This document shows positions 60,425 through 64,000 of a DNA stretch of 64,000 nt, piece after piece. Made by a program: the position numbers and the translations under genes. Source of the stretch: Prorocentrum cordatum (taxonomy: Eukaryota); NCBI GenBank assembly GCA_963575745.1, contig CAUYUJ010000170.1:558001-622000 (forward strand). Direction: 5' to 3'. Below the pieces are notes generated by a model. The model was not told where the DNA came from and searched no databases. It saw nothing but the letters and a program-made list of their open reading frames with translations. Within the stretch, counting starts at the first letter, position 1, and each line of letters starts with the position of its first letter.

Positions 60425-60476
60425 TGAGGGTGAGGGTGAGGGTGAGGAGGAGGAGAAGGAGGAGGAGGAGCAGGAG

Positions 60477-60519
<43 letters not shown>

Positions 60520-61000
60520 AGGAGGAGGAGGAGGAGGAGGAGGAGGAGGAGGAGGAGGGGAGGAGGAGGAGGAGGAGGAGGAGGAGGAGGAGGAGGAGGA
60601 GGGCGACTGCCTGGATCAGCCTGATCCTCGCCGGCTTCCCGCCCTCGACGGATGCTTTTTGCTGCCCCCGCCGTGCGGGGGCTCCCTCCTCGCCGCGGCC
60701 GGGCTCTCGTCGTGTCCACGGGGAGCGCGCCTGGCCCCGAGGGCGCTCCGCTCCTGGCAGTGTGCCCCCCTCTTGCGTCATGTGGGGCAGCCTCCTCCTC
60801 CTCCTCCTCCTCCTCCTCCTCCTCCTCTTCCTCCTCCTCCCTCCTCCTCCTCCTCCCTCCTCCTCCTCCTCCTCCTCCCTCCTCCTCCTCCTCCTCTCCT
60901 CCTCCTCACCCTCCTCCTCCTCCTTCTCCTCCTCCTCCTCTTCCTCCTCGCTCCTCCTCCTCCTCCTCGCCCGTCCTCCTCCTCCTCCTCCTCCTCCAAT
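60425..61000. repeat. (GAGGGT)n/(GGA)n then (CCT)n microsatellites in inverted arrangement
   Basis: GGA tract ~60,425-60,602 and CCT tract ~60,790-60,997 flank a ~190 bp spacer. Confidence 0.9.
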
Positions 61001-61469
61001 TCCTCCGTCTCATGCTCCTGGTCATCCTTCGCACGAACTGAGAGACTCGCTGTTTCGAGCCTTGCTTTTACGCCGCGTGCCCGTGTGCTGGACTGCAGCC
61101 TCGCACTTGGCCGGACCTCACCACAGAGCGTGAGACCTGGTATCTGGTTGCAGGGACTGGTTCGGTGACTGTCCAGCAGCTTCTGGAAGGGCTGGCTGGC
61201 TTACTTGTTGGCCGACGTGCACCATATTACGCACTGTCGCATAAATCGCGGGAATCCAGGAGAGGCGACCTTGTGGTTTATCCACACCTGGTTCCAACCC
61301 GCCTGATATGGGAACGTCTAGAGTAGAGTAGAGTAGAGTAGTTCGTAAAGCCAGGTCGAGGATATTTTGCTCCCTCGGTCTGACGTGCTGGAGTTCATTG
61401 TGGAGTGCTGCGTGGACAGGCGCAGCAGTGTGGCATAGCGCGATGAGATATCTTCTACCCCGACTCTCG

Positions 61470-61705
61470 CGAAAAAAAGAGGGGCCAAAAGAGCACCAGG
61501 AGGCCCCTCAGAGAGTCCCAGAGCGCTCCGACATCGTAGCGGAGCCTTCCAGGACGGCCCAATATGGCTTACAGACATCGCCAGGGGCCCCCAAGACGCC
61601 TCAAGGCGCCCCCGAGAGCTCCCAAGAGGGTCCTGTGAGGCAAAACACATGGTTCGTCCATTGTTCTTGCATGATTTTAGTACTCTCGCCTCTTCGGCTC
61701 ACTGA
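61470..61705 (+). repeat. Partial GGCCCCAAGA-type repeat
   Basis: cccaaga units and core ttttagtactctcgcctcttcggctc (~61,675-61,700). Confidence 0.7.
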
Positions 61706-61825
61706 CCTGCCTTCCATTCCTTTTCCTCATAAGTCATTCCTCCCTGTCGTACCCCAAGGCTAGTCGGAAGGGCGGGCCGGGCGTTTCTCCTGAGACTTCT
61801 TCACCATGTATGATCCTGAAGCTTC

Positions 61826-62075
61826 AAATTTGCAGCAGTTCCATGGATGGAGGGCGGGGCGCTTTCAAAATGTGGCTCTCGCTTTAGCGCCGCACACGTC
61901 CGTCTTAAACATCTGCAAGAATTTAACGGATGGACGGCGGGTCGTTTTCAAAATGCGGCTCTCGCCTTGGCGCCGCGCACTTTCGTCATACAAATTTGCA
62001 AGAGTTTCAGGGATGGAGGGCGGTTCCTTTTTTAAATGTGGCTCTCGCTTCAGCGCCGCGCACATTCGTTTTAAG
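61826..62075 (+). repeat. Three-copy 83-bp tandem repeat
   Basis: ggatgga at 61,845, 61,928 and 62,011, each followed by ...aaatg.ggctctcgc...gcgccgc.cac. Confidence 0.9.
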
Positions 62076-62849
62076 AGTTTTCAGCAGTCTTGATTATTCT
62101 TAAGAGCGTCCTGGGCGTGTTTTTTTGTCGTTTTGATTTTTGGGTTCTTGACACGCTAAATACGCCAACACAATTCGACGCGTTTTAAGCGTTTTTAGCT
62201 TAGTTGTTGCTTCACGTTTTCAGGCCCGTCGTCCTGGATCATATTTTTTGGGGGCTTTTTTTGCTTTCTGGTCGAAGGCTGTTCCTCCTTTTCCCTGCTG
62301 TCTTCGCTCCCGCTTTTTCGCTTCTGCCGCCGTTTTCCCTCTCAGAGCTCAAAACGTTGAACTGAGGACGTTGTAGACGGCAGTGTAAACAATTCAACCA
62401 CCTTCTCGAATAACGCAAAAGAAAACGCAGCTAACAGCGCGAAACTGTTTGTTTGTTTTGTAGCGTTTTTTGTTTCCTTGTTGGGAGCTAAATTTTATTA
62501 TAGCATGATTTCCAACACGCGGGGTAAACGCCCTGGGCATATTTAAGAAGAGCCCGGCTCTCATGGTTAACGCCACAGAAATGGCATTTTGGCACGATGT
62601 CGGACCGTCAGGGCGCAGCAGTTACGTTGATTCGTGGTGTTGAAGTCCCAGGAAAAATGTTCTGGCACGATTCAGGTTAATCAAGACGCACTAGTAATGG
62701 CAATTCGTTTGCGGTGTTCAAGTTCCAGGAATGGTGTTCTGGCGGAGTTCCGGATTTTCAAACGGCTGTTTTCCAAAGGGGCACTTCCTTCAATGAAAGT
62801 GAATCCATGTAGGGGCCCATGAAGAGGGAGCTTGGAAGGAAGGTTTATT

Positions 62850-63480
62850 CAATCGCTTCGCTCCTTCCGCCGGCCGTGCCATCGCAGGCGTTTGCCTGCG
62901 CGTTCGTGGCCTCTTGGGGCCTCTTGGGGGCCGTTTGGGGGCTTCTTTTTGGGTCTCTTGTGGGCCTCGTGGGGCCTTCAGGGGGCCTCCTGGGCTCTTG
63001 GGGGCCTCTTGGGGCCTGCTGCGGGCCTCTTGGGGCGGAAGGCTCGAATTGGTGATTCGTGTTCCCCCTCTTGGGCCCCTCTTGGGGCCGTCTTGGGGCC
63101 CTCTTGCGATCTTGGGCGCCTCTGGGGCCGTTTTGAGGCCCTCTTGGACCGTCTTGGGGCCCTCTTGGGGCGGTCTTGGGGGCCTCTGAGGCCCTCTTGG
63201 AGTGTCGGAAGTTCGAAAACGCGATAACGCGAAAGACATAGAGAAAACACAAGGTGACGCCATTTTTTGTGTGTTTCTTTTGGCCTCTTTGAGGTCCTCT
63301 TGGAGCGCTCTTGGGGCTTCTTTGGGGCCTCGTGGGCCATCGTGGGGCCATCTTGGGCGTCTCGGAGCGCTCTTGGGTCGTGATTCCGATTCGTAGGCCC
63401 TTTTCGAGCTGCCTTGCGGTTCCTTGGGCCGCTCCTGGGGCGATCTGGAGGGCCTCGAAAACCGCCCCCGGGAGTTCCGG
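62850..63480 (-). repeat. Dispersed GGCCCCAAGA-type repeat element
   Basis: Dense cctcttgggg units, core cttggagtgtcggaagttcgaaaacgcgataacgc (~63,196-63,230), GCTTCGC at 62,855-62,861. Confidence 0.8.
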
Positions 63481-64000
63481 TATCCTTGAGCGGACCTTGC
63501 CGGGACCTTGCCGGCACCTTGCCGGGAGTCGGCCGGGGTTGTCTTCGATTGGGGACCCCAGGGGCTGGCCCCCGCGCGCGAACTAGAATACATAGATATA
63601 CCAGGAGATTTTAGCACGCCTCTGGCCCGTTGGGCCAGCGAATTGCAATATCGTTGATGGGTCCTGGGCTTGTCCTCTTCCCCCCCCTCCTCCCGCTCTT
63701 CCCCCTCCTCCCTGTCCTCCCTGTCCTCCCTCTCCTCCCTGTCCTCCCCCTCCCTGTCCTCCTCCGTCTCTCCCTCCTCCTCCCCCTCCCCCTCCTCCCT
63801 GTCCTCCCTCTCCTCCCTCTCCTCCTCCGCGCCCTCTGATGGCGAGCTGCCAGCTGCCGTGCCCGCCTCGCCGCCGCCCCCCTCCTGCCGCGGCGAGAGG
63901 ACCAAGCCCCTGTGCGAGACCTCCGCCCCTGAGGAGCCCGGGCCCGCTCCCGCTGTCCGCTGCCCGCCCCTCGTCGCCGTCGCCGTCGTCGTCGCCGCCG

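Larger units (their letters stand above)
34406..60425 (+). repeat. Large direct duplication, copy 2
   Basis: Near-identical to 1-26,183. Differences are microsatellite lengths, scattered SNPs and the absence of the T-rich block at 23,411-23,867. Confidence 0.97.

Noticed and set aside
62380..62830. Possible LINE reverse transcriptase remnant on the minus strand (CWK...QFRAVSC...FEK)
   Set aside because: Only vague, frameshifted motif resemblance that cannot be supported without a search.

Overview
Repeat-rich eukaryotic nuclear DNA, almost certainly from a photosynthetic dinoflagellate: there are relic spliced-leader (DinoSL) sequences and a nucleus-encoded psbY with a plastid-targeting presequence. 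Most of the window is one block present twice (1-~26,180 and 34,406-~60,425, near-identical), separated by a 100-N scaffold gap and ~8 kb of unique sequence. Each copy contains a ~5.1 kb tyrosine-recombinase (DIRS-order, split-direct-repeat PAT/Ngaro-like) retrotransposon. It has A1...B1-A2-B2 termini, a decayed RT/RNase H, a degenerate recombinase and an uninterrupted C5 cytosine DNA methyltransferase domain. Its A repeat ends in a spliced-leader-like 22-mer, and it sits in a microsatellite inside a small inverted-repeat-bounded element. Next to it is an intronless 799-aa gene with three tandem two-domain repeats, preceded by an SL relic. The unique middle holds psbY (tandem SL relics upstream) and the 5' part of a decayed pogo-like DDE transposase. 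The rest is microsatellite, minisatellite and dispersed repeats, and most ORFs in the supplied track are spurious. All protein calls come from motif reading by eye; no searches were run.
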